A stretch of DNA of 64,000 nucleotides from Candidatus Dormibacteria bacterium (GTDB lineage: Bacteria; Chloroflexota; Dormibacteria; Aeolococcales; Bog-877): positions 1,890 to 65,889 of the forward strand of contig JBJKSO010000115.1 of the NCBI GenBank assembly GCA_046703825.1, read 5' to 3'. The notes under the pieces were generated by a model that was given only the letters and a program-made list of their open reading frames with translations, was not told the origin of the DNA and made no database searches. Every line of letters starts with the position of its first letter. Within the stretch, counting starts at the first letter, position 1. Shown here in pieces: positions 39,021-48,295 of the stretch. Both the position numbers and the translations under genes were made by a program.

Positions 39021-39995
39021 CTAGAGGACAAGCTCCGGCAGGTCGTCTCCCGCTGGCGGCCAGCCCCCAAGGTGCGCAACTTTGCCGCCGGCGCTCACCA
39101 GGCGCGCAGGAAGCCTGGCCTTGGCCAGCAGCGCGGCCGCCTCCCCGCCCGCCACGACCGCCGCGGTGGAAAAGACGTTGGCCAACGTGCAACTCGGGGC
39201 GGACACGCTGGCCGTCCGCCAGATCACCGGTGCCGCTCGACCGGTACGGGGATCGATCAGGTGATGCCGCTCCTCCCCCGCCTGCTGCCAGCGCCGGCGG
39301 ACGGTCGACGAGGTGGCTAGCCCCGGGGCCACCAGGCGCACCGTTTGCCCGGGGGCCCTAGCGCCAGCTTCGTGGTCGTCGGCCACCCTCACGACCCATC
39401 CCGTGGCCGGTTCCCGTCCGGCGACGGCGAGGTCGCCACCGAGACTGACCAGGGTCGGAGCTGAGGTGACGTCATGTATAGCGCGGGCGCATCTATCGGC
39501 GCACCAGGCCTTGGCGGTGGCGCCCAGGTCCAGCTCCACCGGGGAATCCCAGCTGAGCCACCGGCCGTGTAGGTGCAGCTGCCGCCATCCCGGGCAGGGA
39601 GAGGGCGGCTCCAAGACTTGGCCGATCGCTTGCCCCTCTGCAAGTAGATCGAAGTCGCGATCGTAGCCGCTGGTCCGGAGGGCCCGGCCAACCGTCGGGT
39701 CGACCAGGCCGCCGGTGAGGCTCGCTCCCTCCAGCGCCAGCGCGACCAGCTCAGCCAGGCGGGGACTCAGCTCCCGCCCCCGCCCGGGACTGCGGTTGAG
39801 CCGGGAGAGCTCGGAGTCACGACGGAATCGGCTCGCCACCAGGTCGAGCGCCTCCAGCTCCCGATCGACGATCGGGAGCGCGCGCGCCAGCAAGTCGGCC
39901 GTGGTGGTGATGACCTGGGCCGTGGTCCCGAGCGCGGGGCGGCGCGCCGAACACAGCTGGGAGCCAACCGCAACCACCTGCCATGGCTGACTCAC
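39021..39995 (-). CDS. apbE: FAD:protein FMN transferase (ApbE family)
   Basis: ApbE family fold with DLGATAKAW region. Confidence 0.8.
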   Translation of the reverse strand: MSQPWQVVAVGSQLCSARRPALGTTAQVITTTADLLARALPIVDRELEALDLVASRFRRDSELSRLNRSPGRGRELSPRLAELVALALEGASLTGGLVDPTVGRALRTSGYDRDFDLLAEGQAIGQVLEPPSPCPGWRQLHLHGRWLSWDSPVELDLGATAKAWCADRCARAIHDVTSAPTLVSLGGDLAVAGREPATGWVVRVADDHEAGARAPGQTVRLVAPGLATSSTVRRRWQQAGEERHHLIDPRTGRAAPVIWRTASVSAPSCTLANVFSTAAVVAGGEAAALLAKARLPARLVSAGGKVAHLGGWPPAGDDLPELVL

Positions 39996-40015
39996 ACGTG
40001 ACCCCCATCCGGAGC

Positions 40016-41554
40016 TCAGCGTCGGGCGCCGGTGCGGACCCTGCTTGGCGACTCCTCCGGCACCGTTGGGCTTTCGGTGCTCCGGGGCGAGGTGCTCCTC
40101 GCATTCCCATCGGGAGTTGGCGTCCCCGGTCCGTTCACCGGGCTCGGCAACTCCACGATAAAGGTGGCGCCACCACCGTCAGTGGGCTCCAGCCGGACCG
40201 ATCCGCGATGGGCCGACACGATGGCGGCAACTATCGCCAGGCCCAGACCAGCGCCTCCACTCTCCCTACCACGGGCCGAGCCCGCACGCACGAAGCGCTC
40301 GAAGATCTTCCCCGCCAGCTCCGGCGGCACTCCGGGGCCGTGGTCGACCACCCGGAGCACGGCGGAGGCGCCCTGCTGAGCGACCGACACCTCCACCTGG
40401 GTGCCCGCTGGCGTGTGGACCATCGCATTGCGGATGAGGTTGTTCAGCACCTGGCGGAGCCGCGGCTCATCCCCCATCGCCATCACCGGCGCCGGGGCGC
40501 TCACCCGGATCGGGTGACGGCGGTCCGCGACCGAGGCGTCAGCCGCCGCATCCACGGCCAACTCGGAGAGGTCCACCTGGCGGAGCTGCAGCGGGCGTCC
40601 CTCGTCCAAGCGCGCCAGCAGCAGCATGTCGTCCACCAGCGACGTCATCCGCGCCGATTCCGCCTCGATCCGGGTCATGGCGGTGGAGAGGTCCTCCGGG
40701 TTGGACCCGGCCCCGTGACGGAAGAGCTCGGCGTAGCCGCGGATCGAGCTGAGCGGAGTCCGCAGCTCGTGTGACGCGTCCGCGATGAACTGGCGCAGCT
40801 TCTCCTCGGAGGCCGCCCGGGCGCCGAAAGCCTCCTCGATCTGCCCCAGCATCTCGTTGAGGCTAGCGCTCAGCTGGCCCACCTCGGTGCTGGTGTCCGA
40901 GGTGTCGACCCGGCGGGAGAGGTCCCCTCGAGCAATCGCCTGCGCGGTGTGGCGGATTCGCTCCAAGGGCATGAGCCCGAGCTTGACCGTCCACCAGGCC
41001 AGCAGCGCAACCGTGCCCAGCACGACGGCACTGACCAGAACCTCGAGATTGCGAAGCTGGGCCAGGGTGGTGTTGACGTTGTTGAGCGGGGCCGCCAGCA
41101 CGAGCACCACCGGCGTGCCTGGAGTCGCTCCCTGCCCGGGGGCCTCGAGCAGCTGGTACATCACCCGGTACTCAGCGCCGCTGTAGCAGCGACGGCTGAC
41201 GTCAGCCGGGAAGCTGGAGGCGGTGGTGGTGAACTGCTGAGCGGCATTTGCGCCGTTGAACACGCTCTTGGGAAGTACCGGAGCAGGGGCGTTGTCCGGC
41301 CGGTAGCAGACGGACTGGAGCCCCTGGGACAGGGCGGTGCCGTGCGTCGAATACAGATTGCCCCAGACGCCGGACGGGAAGGCCCCGAATCGGGGCACCG
41401 CCCCTGAAGCAGCGAAGTTGTAGAGGATGGTGGCGGCGTCGCTGCTGCCACTGCTGAGCTGACCGTTCACCTGCTGGCTGAGCGACGACTGCAGGGCCAG
41501 GTAGGTGACCGCGTCCACGGCGGCCAGGCCGACGGCGACCATCGCCACCAGCAC
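40016..41554 (-). CDS. two-component sensor histidine kinase (TM-HAMP-HisKA-HATPase_c)
   Basis: H-box ASHELRTPL; G1/G2 boxes DHGPGVP, GAGLGLAIV. The maximal ORF to 41725 would overlap the response regulator by 141 bp; GTG 41554 or ATG 41542 proposed. Confidence 0.8.
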   Translation of the reverse strand: MLVAMVAVGLAAVDAVTYLALQSSLSQQVNGQLSSGSSDAATILYNFAASGAVPRFGAFPSGVWGNLYSTHGTALSQGLQSVCYRPDNAPAPVLPKSVFNGANAAQQFTTTASSFPADVSRRCYSGAEYRVMYQLLEAPGQGATPGTPVVLVLAAPLNNVNTTLAQLRNLEVLVSAVVLGTVALLAWWTVKLGLMPLERIRHTAQAIARGDLSRRVDTSDTSTEVGQLSASLNEMLGQIEEAFGARAASEEKLRQFIADASHELRTPLSSIRGYAELFRHGAGSNPEDLSTAMTRIEAESARMTSLVDDMLLLARLDEGRPLQLRQVDLSELAVDAAADASVADRRHPIRVSAPAPVMAMGDEPRLRQVLNNLIRNAMVHTPAGTQVEVSVAQQGASAVLRVVDHGPGVPPELAGKIFERFVRAGSARGRESGGAGLGLAIVAAIVSAHRGSVRLEPTDGGGATFIVELPSPVNGPGTPTPDGNARSTSPRSTESPTVPEESPSRVRTGARR

Positions 41555-41583
41555 CAGCAGCAGCCGCAGCCGGAGGGAGAAAC

Positions 41584-42282
<699 letters not shown>

Positions 42283-42487
42283 CGAGCTACTAGATTGTCA
42301 GAGTGGGCTGGTCCATACCTGAGTTTTCCCTGGGAGCTCGCTGGGATTCCTGACGGATCGGGGAGCTCGCAACTCAAGGCAACGTCCAAGGGCCCTCTCA
42401 GCAACCTCACAGATCCCGGCGCCAAGATGTGAGCTACCGCACAGGACCTAATCATTCCCTCAAGTTAGGTCCTATCTCCCTCCCCAA

Positions 42488-42521
42488 GAAGCGGCCCGGT
42501 TCCGGGCCGCTTCTCCTCTTT
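42488..42521 (+). terminator. perfect GC-rich hairpin followed by a T-rich tract; an orphan intrinsic-terminator-like element
   Basis: gaagcggcccgg-ttcc-gggccgcttc with tcctcttt downstream; no annotated plus-strand gene upstream. Confidence 0.4.
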
Positions 42522-42622
42522 AGGCCCCCCGGGAGCCACCCCGCTGGCTGCTCAGGTCAAGGAGCCGTCGGGAGGATCTGCTAGCCTACGTGCCGCGTAC
42601 CGGGTCGATCCGGGTCGCGAGT

Positions 42623-44248
42623 TCAAGGCAGTCCTCGGCGGCGTTGCTGGGACCGCCAGTCGCGGGGCCGTGGCGCAGCGGGAGCGCGCTTCCTTGGCAT
42701 GGAAGAGGTCGCGGGTTCGATTCCCGCCGGCTCCACTCGAGTTTCGTATTCGAACTCGCACACGCTGAAGATGTCGTCGAAGGGCGGCCGGTACTCCTGG
42801 TGGGAGAGCCGGCCGTCTTTGACTTCCAGGCGCTCGAACACCGCGGTGTTGAACATCTTGCGGGTGCGGTCGCTGGCCTTGCGGTAGGCGTCGGCGCAGC
42901 GGGTGGCGAGGGTGGCGGCCAGCTCCAGGATCTCCTGCCACTCGCCGAGGTTGGCGTCGAGGTCGCCGAGCCGGTCCTTGGCGGCGTCGATGTCGGCACC
43001 GATGCGGGCCTGCTCAGTCTTGAGGGTCGGCACGTCGATCGCTCCGGCGTAGTAGGCGTCGAGGAGCTTGTACCGCTGGGCTTCTGCCTTGGCGAGCCGG
43101 CGGGTGAGCAGCTCGCGCTGGGCGGCGTCGGCGCGCTGGCGTTCCACGATCTCGGCTGCCATCTCCTCGCGTAGCCGTTCCGCCCAGGAGGCCGGGAGCT
43201 GGATGCGCTGGTACAGCTCTTCGACCTGGGCTTCGAGGTCCTCGGCTGCGACGTAGCGCTCCCGGCAGGTGCCTTCGGGGTCGTTCTTCTGGCCCAAGCA
43301 GAAGAAGTAGGTGTAGCGGGCCTTGGAATGTTGGATGGAGAGGCGCCGTCCGCACACCCCGCAGTGGAGCAGGCCTTTCAGGTAGTGCGGGTGCTTGCGT
43401 TCGCGGGTGCCCCGCGCGGCGCGGGCGGCGAGCAGCTCTTGGACCCGGCGGAAGGTCTCGGGATCGACGAGCGGCTCGTGGGTGCCAGGGTGTTGCACGC
43501 CGTTCCACTCCACGATGCCGACGTAGACCGGGTTGGCCAGGATCTTGGCCAGGCCCTGCCAGGTGATGGCCTTGGGCATCCGGTCGCGCCGTGCACGGTT
43601 GGTGAGGCCTCGGTGCGCCAGCTCTCCGGCCAGGCGTTGAAGGGTCCACTCGCCCGTGGCGTAGTGCTCGAAGGCGAGCGTGACGAGCGGCGCGCGTTCT
43701 GCGTCGGGCACGATGCGGGCCACCTGGCGACCGGCGGTCACTTCGCGCAGGTTCACGTAGCCGAGTGGGGCGCCGTGGGGGAACCCGCCCATCTTGGCCT
43801 TCTGGCTGAGGCCCTTGCGGATCTCGCTCGCCAGGTTGGCCGAGTAGAACTCAGCCATGAGCGCGTGGATGCCTTCGACCAACCGTCCCGACGCGGTCTC
43901 CTCCACGTTCTCGGTCACCGACACGAGCGCCACGCTGCGGCGTCGCAACAGCGCCCGGATGGCGACGTGGTCTTCCATGTTGCGCGCCAGCCGGTCGATC
44001 TTGTGGACGACCACGGCGTCGACGTCGTGCTCTTCGGCGATGCGGGCCAGCATCTACTTCAGGGCCGGGCGGTCGGCGGACCGCGCCGACTCGCCCCGAT
44101 CGACGTACTCGTCGACGAGGTCCCAGCCGGCGTCGCGGACGTGGCGAGTGCAGGCCTCCCGCTGGGCCGGTATCGAGAAACCCTCCTCGCCCTCGCCCTT
44201 CTCTGCCTGTTCGCGGGTCGACACCCGCAGGTAGATCACACAGCGCAT
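42623..44248 (-). pseudogene. large serine recombinase interrupted by an in-frame TAG at 44054-44056
   Basis: ATG 44248 with AAGGAGG upstream; catalytic MRCVIYLRVSTREQ. Then ...SADRPALK-TAG-MLARIAEEHDVDAVVVHKIDRLARN continues the resolvase domain in the same frame. Recombinase domain and zinc ribbon (CGVCGRRL...C) follow. The 3' end overlaps the tRNA-Ala on the opposite strand. Confidence 0.7.
42664..42735 (+). tRNA. tRNA-Ala (anticodon GGC)
   Basis: Hand-folded cloverleaf: acceptor GGGGCCG/CGGCTCC with G3:U70; D stem GCGC/GCGC; anticodon arm CTTCC-TTGGCAT-GGAAG; T arm GCGGG-TTCGATT-CCCGC; discriminator A. CCA not encoded. Coordinates ±1. Confidence 0.85.
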
Positions 44249-44316
44249 CGCATCAGCCTCCTTTGCCGATCCTCCCATGGGGACTCGTTCTTCGGCGGGG
44301 TGCAAGTCCTTCGTCG

Positions 44317-45237
44317 TCAGCTGGCCTCCTCGTGGCGGTTGCCGTCCTGTTGGCAGCGGGCGGCCCGGGCCAGCCGGGCCAGTGACTCGGCCGGCCGGGG
44401 CCAGCCGGCAAGCTCGGCCAGGCGCACCCGGGTCCCGTCGGCGCCGAGAGGCGCCCAGATGCCCTCTGTCGGCCGGACGGCCATCGGCCGGGTGGTCGTG
44501 GCGGCCGCCAGGCGTTGGCCGGACAGGGCCAAACGTGCGCCGACCTCGCGCCGCGGACCCGGCACCACGACCAACAGCCAGAAGCGGACGCCCCAGGCGG
44601 CCTCGAGCCGGGCGTAGTCGCCGGCCTTCTTTTCGAGCCGGGAGAGCTGCTCGCTGCCCCGGTCGTACTCCAAGCAGAAGGCGACGGTGGCGTCGCCCTC
44701 CCGCCACACCCCGAGGCCGTCGGGGCGGACCACCTCGCCGAGGCGGTCGGTGCAGTAGCGCTCGCCCCACCACGTGGAGAGCTCGGCATCGGGCTTGGTG
44801 CGGGCGGCGGCCACCAGACGGACGAAGAGGTCGTTGGCGCCGACGGTGTGGGCGAGGCGCTGGCTGGTGGCGATCGACATCGCCCAGTCGGTGCGCCAGC
44901 GCATCTTGGGCTCCCGGGTGGGATCGTCGTTCGCCATGGCCGCCACGACGTAGGCGCCGAGGACGTCGAGCACGAAGTGGTACTCGCCTTCCCGGCCGGC
45001 GCGCAGGGGTCGGAAGCGTTCTACGAGACGCAACTCGTGAAGCCGGGTCATCCGGTGCTGGGCGGTGTTGCGGTCACCGAAGAACATCACGTGGATCTGC
45101 GACGTCGTGAGCACTCGATGCCAGCGAAGGAGACGAAGGATGCGTCGATCACGATCGGTCAACGACGAGGCCACGTCCATGATCAACCGGTCCGAGATCC
45201 TCCGCCGCCGGCGAGAAGTCGACGCAGTCATGCACAA
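44317..45237 (-). CDS. replication-relaxation family protein
   Basis: HTH ILRLLRWHRVLTTSQIHVMFFGDRNTAQHRMTRLHELRLVERFRP. Confidence 0.65.
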   Translation of the reverse strand: MCMTASTSRRRRRISDRLIMDVASSLTDRDRRILRLLRWHRVLTTSQIHVMFFGDRNTAQHRMTRLHELRLVERFRPLRAGREGEYHFVLDVLGAYVVAAMANDDPTREPKMRWRTDWAMSIATSQRLAHTVGANDLFVRLVAAARTKPDAELSTWWGERYCTDRLGEVVRPDGLGVWREGDATVAFCLEYDRGSEQLSRLEKKAGDYARLEAAWGVRFWLLVVVPGPRREVGARLALSGQRLAAATTTRPMAVRPTEGIWAPLGADGTRVRLAELAGWPRPAESLARLARAARCQQDGNRHEEAS

Positions 45238-45650
45238 TCACCAATACAGTCGGAGTTCTCCACTGGCGGGGGGAGAGCGGCTCCGACGTGCGAGGACGCG
45301 CTATCAGGAGGGGTCCTCTCTGGAGTGGCGGGAGGACGGACCCCTGAAAGGACCCCTGAACGGACGGGGTGACGGAGCCCCTTCCTTTCCATCCGCAAGG
45401 TGGTCTCGTGCGCCGAGCCCGTGACACGGCGCACCTCACGTCGCTCGGCGTGCACCTCCGCCGCCACCGACAGGAGCGCCCGGGCCAGCGGCCGCAGCGC
45501 ACCCGGCGGTGGCTCGCCAGGCTCACGACGCACGCCGCAACGCTGCGTGTCCGCCGGGTGGCCATCGTGTGCGCAGCACGCGTCGTCCCCACGTTGCCGG
45601 CGACACCCCCACCCGCGCTCACCCGGCTCCGGGGCGGCCGGCTGCCGGGC

Positions 45651-45988
45651 TTGCGGATGATGGGGGTCGGCCGTCGGCGGCCCGGGAGCACGGGCCTCGA
45701 CGTCGAGGGTCTCGGCTTGCGGATGGTGGGGGTCGCCCCCCCGCTGGTCTTGCGGGTGGTGATAGGGCGTCTGGCGACGCTGCGAGGTTGTCCGGGCTCT
45801 CGTCATCGGCCCACCCCCGCGGCGCCGGTCAGCACCTCAACCAAGCGACGGTCGTCGTCGTCCACTGGTGTGCGCCACACCGGCTCGGCGGCGAGGGCAG
45901 GTGCGCGGCTCCCGACGAGGCCGACTGCGATGCGGGGGACCACCGTCTTCATCGCCAACTTGTCGGCGTTGCGAATGGTGGGGGTCTC
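45651..45988. repeat. iteron-like direct repeats TTGCG(G/A)ATG(A/G)TGGGGGTC
   Basis: Copies at about 45651, 45717 and 45969, plus a degenerate copy at about 45749. Confidence 0.5.
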
Positions 45989-46733
45989 CCACGCGGCTCG
46001 AACGGCGTTGAGGATGGCGGCGCGGTGACCCGTCCTCTGCGTCAGCACCAGCACTACGCGCGGCACGCTGGCCGACGCGGCAGCGAGGTAGTCCGCCCAG
46101 CGGGCGACCACCGATGCCAGGCGCGGCGCTGGGATGCGATCGACTCTGGCGCAGAGCACCGCCTCGATCTCCGCGCCAGCGCCGACATGCGCCGTGAGCT
46201 CGGCATCACCCGAGAGGCGCCGTTCCTCACCGGTGCGCCGGTCTGCATCCGTGACGCCGGCCGTTCGGCGACACCAGGCGGTCACCACCAGCCCGATGGT
46301 GGGACCGTGGTCCAAGAGCCCGAGCCAGAGGTCTCAGAGCTGCACCCGTCCGCAGGCCGGACAGGTCCTCGCTCCAGGGCCGCGGTGGCTCGGTGCCGAC
46401 CGCAGCGGCCCCGAACGGGGTGAGCCAGACGTGGTAGGGGCAGGTGCCGATGGCCGCCTGAGGTCGGTGGCGGTTGACCAGTCCGGCGCTGTAGAGGACA
46501 CCGAGGCGGTGCTGAACGGTCCGCTCGGGCATCCCGGTGAGCCGGACGAGTTGGCTGGTCGTGAGCGCCTCGTGCTCGCGGAGCAGCGTGAGCAGGTGCC
46601 GGTCGACCGGCCGGAGCGTGCCGGGTGGTACTGCCCCCGGAGTGCCCCGGATCGAGTCAAGCGGGGGCTGAACGCAGACTGGTCGCGACGACGCACGCGA
46701 CCGATCGTTCGCTGACGTGGGGTTTTGGAACAT
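45803..46733 (-). pseudogene. second replication-relaxation family paralog, apparently frameshifted
   Basis: The N-terminal HTH LLTLLREHEALTTSQLVRLTGMPERTVQHRLGVLYSAGLVNRHRP is in one frame (46733..~46230). A C-terminal region resembling the paralog continues in another frame (46315..45803). Confidence 0.45.
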
Positions 46734-46897
46734 GATGCCGTGCCCTGCCGGCCGAGCAAGCGCCTCGAACGATGGAGGAGACCTCGATCGGGTCGCGAAG
46801 TCAAGGGGTTTTCGAAGATTTTCTTGTCCGGCCCGGGTGGATGCGAAGATGTCCTACCGGCGCACTTGCGCCGCTCCCGACGCCGAGGCCCCCATTC

Positions 46898-48295
46898 ATG
46901 CTGCTCACGATCTCGACCGACCACTCCCCGGCCACCGATCTCGGGTACTTGCTGCACAAGAACCCCTCCGCGCACCACTGCGCTGACTTCGGCTTCGGTC
47001 GAGCCCATGTCGTCTACCCCGAGGCGAGCAATGAGCGCTGCACCGCGGCTGTCGTGGTCGACGTCGACCCGGTTGGACTGGTCCGTCGCCGCGGTCCGAG
47101 GGGCAATGACTTCTCTCTAGGCCAGTACGTCAACGATCGCCCCTATGCGACCTCGTCCTTCATGTCCGTGGTCCTGGGCAAGGTGTTCTCCACCGCGATG
47201 GCAGGGAGAAGCAAGGAGCGCCCCGAGCTGGTCGAACAGGCCATGCCCTTCGAGGTTCGTCTGCCCGTGACGCCCTCTCGTGGCGGCGAGGAGGTCGCAC
47301 ACAGACTCTTCGAGCCCCTTGGCTATGAGGTCACAGCACAGGCCATCCCGCTCGACCCGCGGTTCCCGGAGTGGGGGGCCAGCCAGTACGTAGACCTCAC
47401 CTTGAGGGCAACCGTGACCCTCAAAGGGCTGCTGGAGCACCTTTTCGTCCTCCTGCCCGTGCTCGACGACGACAAGCACTACTGGGTGGGGCAAGACGAG
47501 ATCGACAAGCTGCTGCGAAGAGGCAGCGACTGGCTGTCCGGACACCCAGAGCGCGAGCTCATCACGCGCCGCTACCTGCGCCATGACCGTCAGCTCACCC
47601 GGGAGGCCCTGGGCCGGCTCATGGAGGAGGACCTGGAAGATCCCGACGAGGCGGAGGCCCGGTACGACGCTCAAGAGCAGGCAGTCGAAAAGCCGATCAA
47701 CCTGAACCAGCAACGACTCGACGCCGTCCTTCAAGCCATCCGCGCCAATGGCGCCCGCCGAGTCCTCGATCTCGGCTGCGGCGAGGGGAAGCTACTGGGC
47801 GAGCTGCTCCGTGTGCAGGGCATCGAACAGGTCGTGGGAATGGACGTCTCGTTTCGCATTCTCGAGGTCGCTGCCCAGCGTCTCCACCTCGACACCATGG
47901 CGCCGAGCCAACGTGCCAGGGTCGATCTCCTCCAAGGATCCCTCACCTATCGCGACGCCCGCTTGGTCGGCTTCGACGCCGCCGCACTGGTGGAGGTGAT
48001 CGAACACCTCGATCCTTCTCGGCTCGGGAGCTTCGAGCGCGCCGTCTTCGCCTACGCCCGACCGTCGACCGTGATCGTCACCACGCCCAACGTCGAATAC
48101 AACGCCCGCTTCGACTCCTTGCCGGCCGGCGCATTCCGCCATCGTGACCACCGTTTCGAGTGGACGAGGGCGGAGTTCACCAACTGGTGTGAACAGATAG
48201 GCGCCCGGCACGGCTACGCGGTGGTCCTCTCCGGCATAGGGCCCAAGGATGCGACCGTAGGGCCTCCCACCCAGATGGCGGTGTTCAGCAGATGA
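46898..48295 (+). CDS. hen1: 3'-terminal RNA ribose 2'-O-methyltransferase Hen1
   Basis: MLLTISTDHSPATDLGYLLHKNPS N-terminus; SAM-binding VLDLGCGEGKLLGELL; 4-nt overlap with the downstream pnkp. Confidence 0.85.
   Translation: MLLTISTDHSPATDLGYLLHKNPSAHHCADFGFGRAHVVYPEASNERCTAAVVVDVDPVGLVRRRGPRGNDFSLGQYVNDRPYATSSFMSVVLGKVFSTAMAGRSKERPELVEQAMPFEVRLPVTPSRGGEEVAHRLFEPLGYEVTAQAIPLDPRFPEWGASQYVDLTLRATVTLKGLLEHLFVLLPVLDDDKHYWVGQDEIDKLLRRGSDWLSGHPERELITRRYLRHDRQLTREALGRLMEEDLEDPDEAEARYDAQEQAVEKPINLNQQRLDAVLQAIRANGARRVLDLGCGEGKLLGELLRVQGIEQVVGMDVSFRILEVAAQRLHLDTMAPSQRARVDLLQGSLTYRDARLVGFDAAALVEVIEHLDPSRLGSFERAVFAYARPSTVIVTTPNVEYNARFDSLPAGAFRHRDHRFEWTRAEFTNWCEQIGARHGYAVVLSGIGPKDATVGPPTQMAVFSR

Noticed and set aside
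38070-39320. 416-aa plus-strand ORF
   Set aside because: It is antisense to the GH63-like and ApbE genes, low complexity, with no domain signatures.
45228-45806. Minus-strand ORF with repeated PHHPQA peptide motif
   Set aside because: The peptide repeat is simply the translation of the iteron-like DNA repeats. The composition (P/R/H/G-rich) is non-protein-like, so the region is treated as non-coding repeat DNA.
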